A stretch of 64,000 nt of DNA. It comes from Mytilus edulis (lineage: Eukaryota). Both the position numbers and the translations under genes were made by a program. The DNA is taken from the NCBI RefSeq assembly GCF_963676685.1, contig NC_092351.1:42098001-42162000 (forward strand), written 5' to 3'. This document shows, piece by piece, positions 1 to 13,210 of this stretch. The notes below the pieces were generated by a model. That model saw only the letters and a list, made by a program, of their open reading frames with translations. It was not told where the DNA came from and did no database searches. Position 1 is the stretch's first letter; each line of letters opens with the position of its first letter.

Positions 1-2262
1 CATTACACTTAATTAGACAGTGATCCTTATTTCAATCAATAACAAGTTTTGAAATTGAAACGCAGATATATCGTTTATATCAACGAATCTATCCATGTAT
101 TAAATGTATCAAACACATATGTACATATTTCACCGGCTTAAATATTTGTGGGAAGTTATGTCATTTTATTAATCCGCTGTGTCCTTATATCTTTTAATAA
201 ACAATCAAATACAACGTAATTCAAATAGAAACGTTTAAGGCGGAGAATTGTGTAAGAAATGAAACTGGTGGTATCTTACATGCGACTACATGATAGGAAA
301 AAAAGAGATTGATAAAAAGGAAATGGTATATTTTGGATTTTTTTTATCATTGATATGAATGCATTAGTATTATGCGTATAATGTCTTTGCACATGAAAAA
401 TATATTTTGGGATAGAACATAAAGAGGTGGTTAGTTGTTGTAAGATATTAGCTGGTATCATCCTTAGTTGCAGCTTAAGCTATATGCATTGCAGTAAGTG
501 ATTAAAATAAATTACAACTGATTTTAGGTATTGGATTGTTTGGGGATCTTTTTTTGTTTGTTAATTATTTAATGGGCGAACATTTATTTGAAGAAAGGCA
601 AAATATACTAAATAATCAAACCCGTAAGTCGAAAACAAAGTGACAATGCCAATACGATTTTGAAAACATATTAGACATAAGGATCAGATGAAGAACCAAA
701 ACATTTGGCAGCACACAAAACTTACCACAATAGATAAAAAGATAACGATACTGATTATTATGTAGCTGATGCGCATTTCGACAAATAATGTCTCCGATAA
801 AACAAAAGAAAGACCTAGATTATGGCAAAATCATATTTATTAATATCTGTCATCAAAGACTTCTCAAATATAAAGGATTTGATGATTATACTTGGGTACG
901 CAAAGTGTGCTTTATAAATTTGATGTGAAATATGTTGAAACAATATAAAAACAGGCAGGAATTAGACAAAATAATTGCATCTTTATATGACTATCATACA
1001 TTCATCATGTTGTTAATGAACGGGATGATTATGGATAAAGATCTCCCAATTTATAGAAATCATATATCATATTAAATTTTAACATTGTAACACACGCAAA
1101 ATATCAATTTTACTTCTTGTGATATTACATTTTATTGCAATTATTACAAGATAGGGTAATAGAGCAAATCAATCATGTAGTTGGAAATCTTTTTATGGAA
1201 TTAAAATATCTTAAAAGACATGAAAGCTCTAATAAAAAGTATCATATCTATAGTTTCAAACAAAAAGGGATAGTGCTAAGGCATATATGTGTAAGATCTG
1301 CTTGATGTTCAAAACCATAATCATTGTGTTTTAAAAGAAAAAGTGAGTAACTATTGTACATTTTTTTTGTGTAAACATTTTATTGTGAATTTATACTATT
1401 TCGTCATTTCAGTCTTTATGGGCAACCGGTTGTTTATCAACCCATGATGTTTACGTTTATGTTTTATGTATTTTCAAAAGCCATTACATAGTTGGAACTT
1501 TCATTATATTTTGTTTCTGCTTGTAAAGAGGTAGCTGAAAGTTTATAGATATAAGACTATGTGGTATGAGTGCAAATGAGAAAACTCTCTCATCCAAGTC
1601 ACAATTTGTAACCATTTGTTTGTTACAGAGTTCATTTTTTTATGGAGTCAGTTGAAATGTTGGCGATTTTTTCTTCTTCGGAAATGACATTTGTAACAGC
1701 CTTTGATAGTCTTGTATGTTTTTCAATTTTAGTTCATTTAAATTTTCTGGAATTAGGTATGACGTCCATTCTTACTGAATTAGTACATAATTTTGTTAAG
1801 GGGCCAGCTGCAGCCCGCCTTTGGGTGCAGGACTTTCTTGCAGTGTTGAAGACCCATTGATTGTCTTTGGTCGGGCTGTTGTGTTTTTGAAAAATTCCCC
1901 CTTCCCATTCTAAATTTCATGTTAACAATAAAAAATGTTTTCTTAATGTCAAATAAGTATAAATAAATCTGACTATTTTCAAACATATTAAAAAGATCGT
2001 CTTACACTTTTAGATTATATAAATGTTGTTAGCAAAGAAATTATAGATCTTTGTATGACTTTCATACATAAATCATTACGGATTTCAAAGATTATTTGGG
2101 TATGGGTCAAGATGATCTCATTTCCAATTTTTATGTGTCTTTGACATGCCAAAGATCTATTCGATGTCGGTCGTTTTTAAAATATGAATTTTATCAATGT
2201 GAGATGATTGATTATGTAAAAGATCAGTAAACAAAGCAATCATTTGCTACCGTAGAATACGT

Positions 2263-2780
2263 AACGCCTTGACTGTCTTCTGATGTTCATTGTTTAATAT
2301 GTTCGGTGCTTTAAGAATTATGTTCAGTAGTTTTCATATTATGTTCAGTAGTTTTGATATTATGTTCGGTACATTGGTTACATGATGTTCAGTTGTTTCA
2401 TTATTATATGCAGAGGTATTTAAATTATGTTCGGTACTTCTGACGTTATATTCAGTGCATTTTTCATTATGTCTAGTACATTCGACATTATGTTCAGTAC
2501 ATTCGACATTATGTTCAGTAGATTCAATATTATTTGCAGTACATTATGTATTACCTTCCGTGGTCCCGGATTCTTTATATTCGGCCGATTATTCATTAAT
2601 GACAAATCCACCGACTATAAATAAACTGGGATAACTGAAGGTAATACATAATATACTGCAAATATATTGATATTGAATCTACTGAACAATACTGAACATA
2701 ATATAAATATACTACTCAACATAATGCACGAAGCACCGACACATATTAATTAATCAACACCAGAAGACAGCCATGGCGTT
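2263..2780. mobile_element. Foldback/MITE-like element with terminal inverted repeats (TIRs) and ~21-bp tandem subrepeats
   Basis: The left end aacgccttgactgtcttctgatgtt is the imperfect inverse of the right end aacaccagaagacagccatggcgtt. An inner inverted pair is gcagtacattatgtattaccttc / gaaggtaatacataatatactgc. About 10 degenerate attatgttcagta units lie on the left arm and inverted copies on the right. Confidence 0.75.
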
Positions 2781-3261
2781 TGAGAGAGATTTAGCAGTGT
2801 TATAAAGGTGATGAATTATTCTAAAGCTAAAATATCAGACAGAACTGTTCATACTGATTTAGTGCAAAATGATAACATAATATTTGAAAAAAAAAAAATT
2901 TAAAGTGTAAACAAATTATTTTTAGATAGAATATTATAACCCATCCGGAGCACTTAGCTTCTTTCCAATTTTCGTTAGGTTTGTGTAGCTCAGGCTTAGT
3001 TTTCTATGTAATGTTTTGAAAATGTGTTTATCATTTCATCATTTATCTTTTTCTGCTTTGACATTGACAGTTTTCCCTCCACTTATTAAGACTTCTGTCT
3101 CTTATTATTGATTCTAATTAAACAACCTGTGATATACTGTTCCCCAATGATACCCACGCTTTACGAATTCGATTGTCTTTGAGGTTTCGTCAAATGATTT
3201 TTGTACATCTGCCACTACGAGCCAGCAAATCAATACAGTTTTATATAAACAAGAATACGAA

Positions 3262-3570
3262 AATAAGAAGATGTGTTATAATTGCCAATGAGACATCTCT
3301 CCACAAGAGACGAAAAGACACATAATTTAAGAACTACAGATCACCATACGGCCTCCAACAATAAGCATAGCCCATATCGCATAGGCAGCTATTAAAGGCT
3401 TCAAAATTACTCATATAAACCAATTCAAACGAGAAGATTACCGGTCAAAATTATGAACAACATAATGAACTAAAAGTAAATATATTACACAGCAATACAC
3501 GATAACCACTGAATCAAAGGTTTTTGACTTGCAATTGGAACCGGAACATACAGTCTAAAGAATGAAGCGG
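3262..3570. repeat. Abundant short interspersed repeat (agatgtggtatgattgccaatgagacaactctcca family)
   Basis: The same head sequence recurs at ~1550, ~47590, ~52430 and ~53985. Confidence 0.6.
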
Positions 3571-4304
3571 GGTAAAACTTATTTTAAGACACGCCCCCAC
3601 CCCCCGCTCTTTCCCCTTTTCGCCTCACTTTGGACAGTGGCGTAACAGTTTAACATAAATTCAAACTACAAAAATCATCAGATGTACACAAATAGAAATA
3701 CATCTTACAAAAACACAGAGTGGACGAGGACGGTAACATATGCATGAAATTAAGAATGGAAATGGGGAATGTGTCAAAGAGACAACAACCCGACCAAAGC
3801 GTAGACGCCGAATGCTTTTCGAGGTTTTAATATTACCCCCTTATTACCTTTCGGACAATGATATTAAGTTGCGTAATGACCTTGAAGTATATAACATTAC
3901 GCACTATTTGGAGCACTATCCATCCCCACCCCCTTAAGGTATCGACTACCTTGGCCTCCCAATTGATTTGATTCGAGCATTATAGCGTAATAAGTCATTA
4001 GCCTGGTATCTTTAGTGAGATTTTTCGTGAATAAAAAATAAAATATGTGTGGTGCAGAGAAATTTTTTACAAAAAAGATATCTTTATGAAAGTCTAGTCC
4101 ACTAGAAGTAATACCGACAAAGAAGTGGGCAAAAAAAGGAAGTGGAATATCCTTTCTTTGAAATCCATAATTTTTGCTAAAGGTTTTGTTTGTCTGAAGT
4201 ACAAAATTAAATTAAGATAAACCATTATGTTTCCAGTCAAACAACAAACTTTTGTAAATATTATCCAGTTATTTCAGAAGCATAAATTTCTTTATCTCTT
4301 TCAG

Positions 4305-6654
4305 TTCTAAAAAAGGCGAGACGAGTTTTATAATGGCTAGTCAATTACTGGATGTGTTCAATTATTCTTTTGAGTCCGAGGAGCATATTGAACATTCATC
4401 AAAAGATGAAAATAATGTGATTGAAGATTCGTCAAAAACCGAAACGAAGTACGAACTTTTTAAAACCGAAGAAAGTGGAAGTCAGATAGATATAAGAACT
4501 GAGTCGAAGGATCCAAAGGAGGAAATTAGTGACGAAAAAGGTATGCCATATAGTTTTGGCTTGACTTGTAGAAGTTGCATTCTTTCAAACTTTTCATAAA
4601 GAGCCAGTGTCTAACCTGCTTTGATAATGGATCAAAATGGTGTTACTCAATACATTTACTACTATAATCGAGGATCCAAGTTATAACATATATTATAGAA
4701 TTAAGTTAGATTAATCATGATATATTCGTAATATTTTTCTTGACTACGGATCAAATAAATATGATTTAAACGTCAATAACAAATCTATTAGAATTCTCAA
4801 TACAAAATTGATATCCGAAAACCATTCTATTATCATCAACGATAATATCAACAGGCGTTCACAATGTAATTTTTTAAACGCCGGAATAAAGGTAAAGTAG
4901 TAAAAAACAAATGTTATGGGGTATTTTTCCATGAACAAAAATCAGATCATGCAAATCAATATATGCTTTAAAATAACAAGTTTTGTATTGGCGGATCCAG
5001 GGGGGGTACCGGGGGTTGGAACCCCCCTTGTTTTTGGCCGATCAATGCATTTCAATTGGGACATATAGTTGGAAATAAACTCATCATAGATACCAGGACT
5101 AAATTTAGTATATACGCCAGACGCGCATTTCCTCTACAAAAGACTCATCAGTGACGCTCGAATCCAAAAAAGTTAAAAATAAAGTAGGAAGTTGTAGAGC
5201 ATTAAGGACCAACATTCCTAAAAGTTTTGCCAAATACAGCGAAGAACCCCCCCCCTTTTTTTGTCCTGGGTTGGGAACCCCCCCCCCCTTTTTTTAAATG
5301 GCTGGATCCCCCCCTGTTTTGTTAACATCTACCAGTTTTAAAAGTGATATATATCATAGGAATAATTGTACTTCCTTTTTCCCTTTCAGATCTTGACATT
5401 CTGGAAGCGGATAACGTTATCGCTCGTCCGTTACAGAAGGTGTCTATATCTATTGAGTCCGACAACCAGCTTGAACTTACAGCAAAAGAAGAGAACAATG
5501 TTGTTGCAAAATCTATTAAAGACGAACTGAATTACGATATGACAAAACTCAAAGAGAGCGACCACCAAGAAGAGGACAAACCTGAATTTGCTGACAAAAG
5601 AGAAGCAACTGGTAGTAGAAAAAGATATCATAGTGGTATTTATTTAATATTCCTGTTACTCAAAATGGTTGTCTTACTATCAGTGATCGCTACGCTCAAA
5701 ACTACTAATCAAACAATTAATATACTATTACGAAGAAAATAATCAAATCAAAGCCACAGTGATGAATATTTATCATGTTTACATGAAAGAAGCCAAATTA
5801 TTCTGTTTTCTGTATCTTGAATTTAAAAATTATTTGATATTTTTATTAGCAGAATACAACATCACTTATGTGTATTCATTACAACTATATAATTATATTT
5901 TTTAAAGGTATAATTATATCTCCTTTTACTTTCTGTTCTAGAAAACAATGAAGATGGTAATATGATTGCCAGCCCGTTACAGAATATGTTCAAACTTGTG
6001 TCCGATGAGCAATTGAAAAATACCACAAAAGAGGAGAAAACGGTTGTAGCAGAATTTTTGATAGCTGAACTGAATTACAACATGATCAAATTTAAAAAGA
6101 GCGACAGTCAGAAAGATAAAAGTATTGAATCGGAGAAAACGAAGGAGGTTTCAGGTGATAGCTCTGATGGCATTATGTCGGTAAAAAGATACTTGGAAGT
6201 TAACTTTCCTACTAATACACATATCCTGGAAAATCAAAATAAGAACACGAGTAATGGAGAAGTTGTTGGTGCCAATGGAGAAAACGATAAAAGAGAACCA
6301 AATGTCGACTACACATGGTTAAAAAGTTCATCGGTGAAAGATATTGAAATGTCACAACTGGAGAATAAGGCACTACAAAAGGTTATTGGTCAGGTAAAAC
6401 AGGAGGATTGCAACAAAATATTAGCTCTCTTTAGAAATTCGGTTCAAGACAAGGGCATTCAAAAAGCAAATGAACTGCCTTCACTACTGATGGAAAGCGC
6501 ATTTCAAGTTCTTGAAAAAAAGAGATATGAAGATGTATTATTAGTTGATTTGTTACCAAATATGATTAGAAACAGCAGTGAAGGATCAAATGATGCGAAA
6601 GTTGATCATGCAAGTACTTCGGATGATCAACCTACGAAAAATGACAAAGATTAG
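4305..6654 (+). CDS. 3' exons of an uncharacterised acidic (E/K/S-rich) protein built from exon-sized repeats; exons 4305-4540, 5390-5635, 5942-6654
   Basis: Canonical splice signals (tttcag|4305, 4540|gtatgc, tttcag|5390, 5635|gtattt, ttctag|5942) join in phase 1 into one open frame ending at TAG 6652-6654. The three exons encode mutually similar ~70-80 aa units (MASQLL..ESEEHIE..KDENNVI; IARPLQ..ESDNQLE..KEENNVV..ELNYDM; IASPLQ..SDEQLK..KEEKTVV..ELNYNM). The 5' end was not identified (ATG 4333 or an upstream exon). Confidence 0.55.
4986..5316. mobile_element. MITE (ggcggatcca TIR family) with 5-bp TSD ttttg, interrupted by a hammerhead-repeat fragment
   Basis: ttttg|tattggcggatccag ... ctggatccccccctg|ttttg; the internal segment 5073-5243 belongs to the hammerhead repeat family. 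Confidence 0.7.
5114..5158 (-). ncRNA. Degenerate minimal type I hammerhead ribozyme (retrozyme/Penelope-type repeat fragment)
   Basis: Minus strand reads gcgtca CTGATGA gtcttttgtagag GAAA tgcgc GTC tggcgt. Stem I cgtca/tggcg is intact, and the stem II closing pair is mutated. Confidence 0.65.
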
Positions 6655-8007
6655 TTGTCTTTTTTTAAAGGATAATAAATAATACGATAATGTATATAAA
6701 AACGCTTATTGTATTGGCAAAAAGCAAATACGACTAAAATGCTAGATGCTTAATATATTAAAAAATTCTCTGAAAACATTTAGCTTAGCTGAAATATGAC
6801 AGGTAAAATAAATATATACTACGGAAGCCGTGATTAAATTCTGAAACACGAAATTCAATGTTTAAGGTTATAATACCTGTGAAGTGAAATAACCTTTCTG
6901 TCTTACAAAATAGGTATCCGTCTGTTTGGTCATTTATTTAACTGTCGACATGGATGTAAACTCATTTAAAAAGCGATACTTTTAGCAGAACTTTTTGAAT
7001 ATTTCTCCATCAAAATTACACTGAACGATATGGTCAATCACCTCGGAATTTGATAAACCGAATGAAGAGTGTGCTCATCATCAAGGTAGTCATATTAATT
7101 TACACATGTGTATACAGTTATTGTTATTTATTATGTAATTTGTAAATGTTGATTATCAATCATCGTGTTTGTCAATATAGTCATATATTGAAAAATATTC
7201 TCTGATAAATTATGCAAAAAATGCATAGAAAACTGATTTAACATTAAAAACCGTGAATAAACTCATGTGCTATGGAAGTGTAATAGCTCCCTATACCACT
7301 GTTGTCACCCGTCATCAAATTATTAGATTTTTTTTAATGATTGCTTTATATTATCGTTACAAATAAACGCTTCTTGTTATTTTCTTTGTTTTAACGACAT
7401 TATTTTCATCTGTAATTGAAATGCTTCTTTGTGAAATACATGTTTGCTTCAGATAACGGTGCACTTGACTGTGATACTTTGCTTTTGTGTATGAAAAATA
7501 TACATAAAAAGTTTCTGTGTGAGCATCAACAAATAAGGGCAGATGTAGACCATTCATGTCTTCTATAACCGTCAAATTTGTCTAAGGGTGTTTTAGTAGA
7601 AATATATAAACTATTTATAACTCATATCAATTGGCGTTTGATTCTGAACGTTCGAAAACCAAATCATTCATGAATTAGAATTTGAAGAGCATTCAAAAAT
7701 ACATAAACCTAAATGATGAACCGAATATGGCCAGATATCATGATATTTCATGTTGGACTCGGAAAAATTACCAAGATAACTTCAATAAAACAAACTTTCG
7801 CGGGCTATTTAGTTTACTGAGTTTTACAAGTTATGGATAACCCTAATATGTTAAACTTGAGTCTTTTGTTAAACTAATGCAAGGAAACTATCATTGAGTA
7901 AAAATTTATTCTGTAAATTCTTATTTTTTTCTATCTGCAAATTATATTTAAACGCTTATTTCGTGTCATATATTTTTTTGTTTTTTGCTCTTATGACAAG
8001 TCTTCTA

Positions 8008-10245
8008 TCATTGTCGTTTATAAATGCATTCTTCTCCGTATCCATTGTTAATCACATGAAACATCAAAATGATTAAATGTGTCAATGACACGTTTTGTCT
8101 TCCTGTCGGAACTGTTTGCATTAACGACTTTGTATAGCATTCAAACGCCTTTTTAATGTCGCCAGTATGGAAATAACAATAACCTAATATGTTCAAATGC
8201 CTGAAACTATGGAAAGTTCCATCGCATTCATTTACTGTATATTCTAAAGCATCCATGTACACGTAAGCCTCTTGGTCACATTCGGTGCTTATTACGGCTA
8301 GGTATAACATATACACTAATGGATGAATCATGAAAGCTCTCCCTACGGTACATTCGAATTTCATAGCATGGGGAACAAACGATAGGTCTGCTCTAGAAAA
8401 TATGACATCTTGAGCTGTAGACAGATATCCTTTTTTGTGATCAAAAGGATTTGGAAGTCCTTTCAGTTGAGCTGTAGTTCCCTTACCAATGTGTATTGTC
8501 TTGTATTTAGAACAATGACCAGTGTACAGTAGGTTTTGGGACGGCAAATCAAGGATACTCTGAATAATTGAAATCACTTTTTGAGAATTTTTGAGTCTTA
8601 GACAGTATGTAGCTAAATACAATTTACCAGATAATGCATCAATATTTTGGTTATCCTCCAGAAACTTCTGTAACTTTTCTAGTTTTTGTTGCTTTACAGT
8701 ATTATCTTTAACTTTTATGATCGTCTCCAAATACGTCAATGCAATTCGAATATTAATAAACATGCGTACAGCTTCAATGAAGCTGTCTTCGATGTCCTTT
8801 GTCGGTGTGTGATCATCAAAGTCTACAAAATATTCAGAAAGTAACTTAAAGTCAGCAAGAACAGTTTCTATATTCACTCCTAAAAAACCTCGACCCTTAT
8901 GATAATATTCCAATGGCAATCTGTATGTTTCAAATTCTGTTGTGATTCTAGAATCCAGTCTTTCTCTGCATAACTGCAGAAAATCATCAACCTTCATTTC
9001 ACTCTCTAGCCATGGGGATAAAAGGTCAACACCATCGACACACTGCAAAACATGGGATACAATTTCGGCTGAAATATCTTCAATGCATTTTATCATATTT
9101 TCTTTAAAAATATGATTTTCAAATCTATACGAAAACAAATTTTTTCGACGATCAATGTAGTGCTCCAGATGACGTTTTTCTATGCATTTTTTTAGAAATA
9201 GAAGACAGTTAACGGTGCAACGTAGTGAATATTTTGGTTGCCATAGATGTTGAGGATTATTTTCAGACTGCCAAAGTATTATTGTTTTCATGTGATAGGA
9301 ACTCAATTCTTCTGGTGCGATAGGGTGTAGAAATTTCTTTAAAATATTTTTCATCAAGATAAAGCATTGAAGCTGTGTATTATTAAAATTCCATACCAAC
9401 TCCCTTTCTTGTAACAAAAACGACACTCTCCATTCTAATGACGATGTAGGTGACATTTTATCTCCAACAGCGACTACGTGACATTTCAGCTTTGTAATTT
9501 TTTCAATAAATTCTGGAGAAGGCCATCCATGTTTTCTTTCCCTGGCAATCCACTCTTCGCCATCAATTGGCCATTCGTATAACGATATTCCAAAGGCGAA
9601 ATCTTGTTCCACTGATGCACCTAGCTTTTCCTTAATAAAGCCGTATATGTCTATATTAGCCGCAGTGGCACTTGGTCCATGACGGGATGTTTCTGTTGGT
9701 GTATCTGCTGTCTTCGTCTTTGTCAGGAAATACATCCAGAAATCAACCATTTTGTCACTGGAAAGAAATGTTTTGTCTCCTTCGATTGTTTCCAACATAT
9801 CATCAATAGTCTTTCCATGATCATTAAAAATTGTTTTTATGTTTGGATCAAGTTTTACAGGAATCAATCTTGCAAACCCTGGACGACAAACTGAAGTGTC
9901 TAGAATAAAAACCTGCCCTTCGATCTTGTTTGATTGGTCTCTATCCTTACAAGCCGTAATATTTGAAGCAACGATCATTTTGTCGATATCGCTGTCTTTC
10001 ACGTTAGTTCCTTCAGCCGTACTACCACCAAAGAATCTGCGTATTACTCCTTTATTTCGTGTATAATACAAATACTCTAGTGTAAGCATAGTGTTCTTTT
10101 GACCATTAGTCTTGCAAGAAGATGCCATTGTATAAAATGTTGCGTTAGAGACAACATCCGATACTTTTTCCAACTCAGTGTCATTAATCTGAAAATGAAA
10201 ATATACCGTGTAAGGGTCTTTTTTTGTTGTTGTCATAATCGACAT
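8008..10245 (-). CDS. Mab-21 domain nucleotidyltransferase / cGAS-like receptor (cGLR) with C-terminal helical region and TPR motif
   Basis: 745-aa ORF with the NTase signature GGSTAEG-x6-DID, a likely third acidic residue (EQDFAFGI), and Mab-21 family motifs PGFARL, HGPS, WP..G.EWI.R.R..GWPS, CHVVAVG, EWRVSF...ERELV, LSSYHMKT, LEHYI....NLF. A TPR-like segment LNILGYCYFHTGDIKKAFECYTKSL lies near the C-terminus. The true start is uncertain because a splice acceptor lies at 10189-10191. Confidence 0.9.
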   Translation of the reverse strand: MSIMTTTKKDPYTVYFHFQINDTELEKVSDVVSNATFYTMASSCKTNGQKNTMLTLEYLYYTRNKGVIRRFFGGSTAEGTNVKDSDIDKMIVASNITACKDRDQSNKIEGQVFILDTSVCRPGFARLIPVKLDPNIKTIFNDHGKTIDDMLETIEGDKTFLSSDKMVDFWMYFLTKTKTADTPTETSRHGPSATAANIDIYGFIKEKLGASVEQDFAFGISLYEWPIDGEEWIARERKHGWPSPEFIEKITKLKCHVVAVGDKMSPTSSLEWRVSFLLQERELVWNFNNTQLQCFILMKNILKKFLHPIAPEELSSYHMKTIILWQSENNPQHLWQPKYSLRCTVNCLLFLKKCIEKRHLEHYIDRRKNLFSYRFENHIFKENMIKCIEDISAEIVSHVLQCVDGVDLLSPWLESEMKVDDFLQLCRERLDSRITTEFETYRLPLEYYHKGRGFLGVNIETVLADFKLLSEYFVDFDDHTPTKDIEDSFIEAVRMFINIRIALTYLETIIKVKDNTVKQQKLEKLQKFLEDNQNIDALSGKLYLATYCLRLKNSQKVISIIQSILDLPSQNLLYTGHCSKYKTIHIGKGTTAQLKGLPNPFDHKKGYLSTAQDVIFSRADLSFVPHAMKFECTVGRAFMIHPLVYMLYLAVISTECDQEAYVYMDALEYTVNECDGTFHSFRHLNILGYCYFHTGDIKKAFECYTKSLMQTVPTGRQNVSLTHLIILMFHVINNGYGEECIYKRQ

Positions 10246-10469
10246 CAGTTTACAAAACTTTAAACGAATGTTTTTTATGTAATTATTCGTTTATTTCAAA
10301 ACTTTTTGCATGTGCCCTATTTGTTATACTAGTACTGTTTACTGTATTGCTGAATACAATAACAGCGCTTTAAGGAAATATCCAGGTTATCATACTTTAT
10401 ACCCCAGTTACCTCTCTAGATCGTAATAGCAAAATTATGATCGTAATTTGGGCAACTATAGGAACTTAA

Positions 10470-10540
10470 TTATTGGCAATGCAAATTATAGTGTCTTCTT
10501 ATCTATTGGTCAATTCTAATGATTTGCATTTGCATAATGA
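10470..10540 (-). promoter_or_regulatory. Putative cGLR copy 1 proximal promoter: octamer (ATGCAAAT) motifs and CCAAT box
   Basis: ATGCAAAT at 10479-10486, ATTGG at 10505-10509, and overlapping ATTTGCAT at 10522-10535. All are retained in the paralogous region at 18656-18706, just upstream of a conserved splice donor. Confidence 0.4.
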
Positions 10541-11749
10541 GTTCATACCATCTTAATGATCCCGCTGTATTTTTCAAATAATGGTCAAGTAACGGCAGTA
10601 GCTCGAGATCTAAGTAGGAAGAAAAATGTCATTTTCAATACTTCCATGCTGTCAGGGGGGATTGGATTTGAGGTTGGCTTATATAATTGTTGTAATCGAA
10701 AATGTCCTGGATACTTAAAACTCATAAATTTTTGGTATAATTGCATTTGTATTAAATCTCATTTTCTATCAATGAGTCTGAAATTGAAGATAATCCTGAG
10801 ATAATCCCCGGGTTTTTTTTCGCATAGTGTACTGACTTAGTCTCTATTGTATTTATGTGGGACCTGTTTTGTAAATTAGTTTGTCTTTTCTCTGTGGTTT
10901 AGTTATTAGTTATGATGATTTCGGGTTTTTTTTTTTTTGTATCTTACATTTTTTCTATTGTTTCCTGTATTTTTTTCCTTCTCATTTTTTTTACATAAGG
11001 ACAACTGCATTAAATTGATGACATGAACAATCATCAACAGGACATTTTATATGCCATTTTGAGTTTAAACACGATTAACAGTAAAATCAAATATTGATGT
11101 CATAGAAAACTGTTCGTGAATTCTACAGTAAAGATCGTGGAGAAATGTGAGATTTCCTTTTTTCAAATCCCACATTTTATGGTATTTTTGTCTATGTTGA
11201 AATTCGGATCGACACCAAAATCATTCAGTCAATATGACAATAATTGCTCAAGTCGTGTTAATTTTGAATCAGCATTATCTAGAACGTCTCTTCTCACCTA
11301 TTTTCTTGTTGGAACATTGCAAAAGATAACTTATTCGAATTCAATGTTATATGTAATATTGTTGACAAAGGAAATGAAAGTAACTTTATAAATATATTTA
11401 AATATAACATACCAACGATGATTTTGATGTTGATTGTGTCATTTCCTAGACTAAATCTGGGCTAAATGTAAGTTAGTTATATATTTGCCTGTTTCTTTAC
11501 GTCATAAGTTTCATATGCTCGAGCTCGAACCGAATAAAGGAAGTAATATTCTTAGTATGTCACGTGGTTTGTTAAAATTTATGATAAATATGTTCAGATA
11601 AAAAAAAATTAACGTCATTTATAGTGGACTTTTTTTTTATTTCAAGTAATATTTTTGGCAACCATTTTCATTTTTTTTTTTATGTCAAACATATGTTTAT
11701 GTCTGTTTTCTATCATTCATTTCATTATATATTAATCAGTTATTTCTTC

Positions 11750-13210
11750 AACAATTCCAAGACCTTCATAATTCAAATTAAATGAGTCAGGACCTACATA
11801 AATCTTTTCATGATATTCTGAAATATTCAAGGACCTCCGTAATTCGATTTCAGGATGTCGTGAAACAGTTGAGGACCTCTATCAATGGTTGGATTAAAAT
11901 TGTTTTGAATATTTCATGACCTACACAAACATTAAAAAAAAATCTGTCAAAGCTTTATTTCAATAGATAGATCCTTACTATGAGCGTCTGGATGGGACTT
12001 CCAAAGTTATGAATAATTTGTTAAAATTGCAGATTAAAGGGGGGAAATCAAGAATAGAGAAAATTTGGGACAAATAAATAAACAATAGATAATGTCTCAA
12101 TAATTAAAGAATACAGAAATCAAAAAAACATCCAGACCCTCGCTATTAACGATGAAGCTCCATAATTGTATAATTTCGTTCCTTATGTAGTATATTTAGA
12201 TCTTGCCATTGATAGAAACCAGTGCATGTGGGGAAAAGTTTAGAAGCAAATAGTATGAAACATTGGTAGATTAAAGTTCAACTTTAGTCATAAAATATGC
12301 TTTATTTTTTTTTTTTTGCGATGGTTTAAACATGTATCTGTTAAAAAGTCACATTGTTTTTATCGTGGGTTGCAGTGATGACTATTTCATTAGAGTATAC
12401 ATGTTTATTAAAGTACAATCTACACACACTATGATTACATTTGCAATACATCAGTTTATATAAAACAAAGAGTAGTGTAATGACATGGGAAAGTTAGCCC
12501 ATAAAGGAACCTCACAGAATACTGCAGCTGTGAACTAAGAGAAGAGGTGAGATGAGATAGTAATCTATTGACAGAAACATCCGTTAATCTGATGATTATA
12601 AATTCCTAACTGTCAGTATTAATTATAAGCCAATTAAACTATTAAAGTGATAATGTATCATGTAAACATAACACAGGGACCCAGATAGCTTCAACTAAAT
12701 GAGCTAATTAATTACTTGTCTATTATATAATCCGGATTGGAACGTGAGGAATAAATCGGTTGAATGTACAATGGAAGACATGTAGATATAAGAAGAGAAA
12801 GAAAAAATATGCCAAGAAATAAAGAATAGCTAGAGAATGATCGAGAATGATTGGATGCTTGATTACAAAGAATGGAAAATAATGGACAAAATCAATAGAG
12901 AATAGTGAAAATGGTATAAAAGGGGTATCCTGAAATTGAATTGTGAAGTAGATCTTGTCGTGGATAGAAAACAAGTGCCTTCGCTTTTTCCTCCCTCAGC
13001 TCGTTCCTGATGAACTTTGTTTTGAATACACTTGACCAACACACATAACGACCAGGTGTAGTCTGCACGTTTATTGTGTTATTTTTAGGATCTGCATAAT
13101 ATTCGAATCAGTATATTCTTAAATCTAATTTTGGAGGTCCTGAAAAAGGTGTGGAATCCTTTAAATTATTAAAGGATAAACTAGAATTGAATTTTGAAGG
13201 TCTTGCAATG
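11750..13210. mobile_element. Degenerate TIR element with ggacct subrepeats
   Basis: attccaagaccttcataattcaaatt (~11753) is inverted relative to aattgaattttgaaggtcttgcaat (~13186). Repeated aggacct motifs lie on the left and aggtcct on the right. No TSD was resolved. Confidence 0.4.

Noticed and set aside
8591-10066. Short + strand ORFs antisense to the cGLR (and similar ones antisense to JADE at 33595-34212)
   Set aside because: They are shadows of the coding strand with no independent coding signal.
8008-10245. Bacterial CBASS CD-NTase interpretation
   Set aside because: There is no operon or effector gene, the context is spliced and eukaryotic, and the motifs are of the metazoan Mab-21 type.
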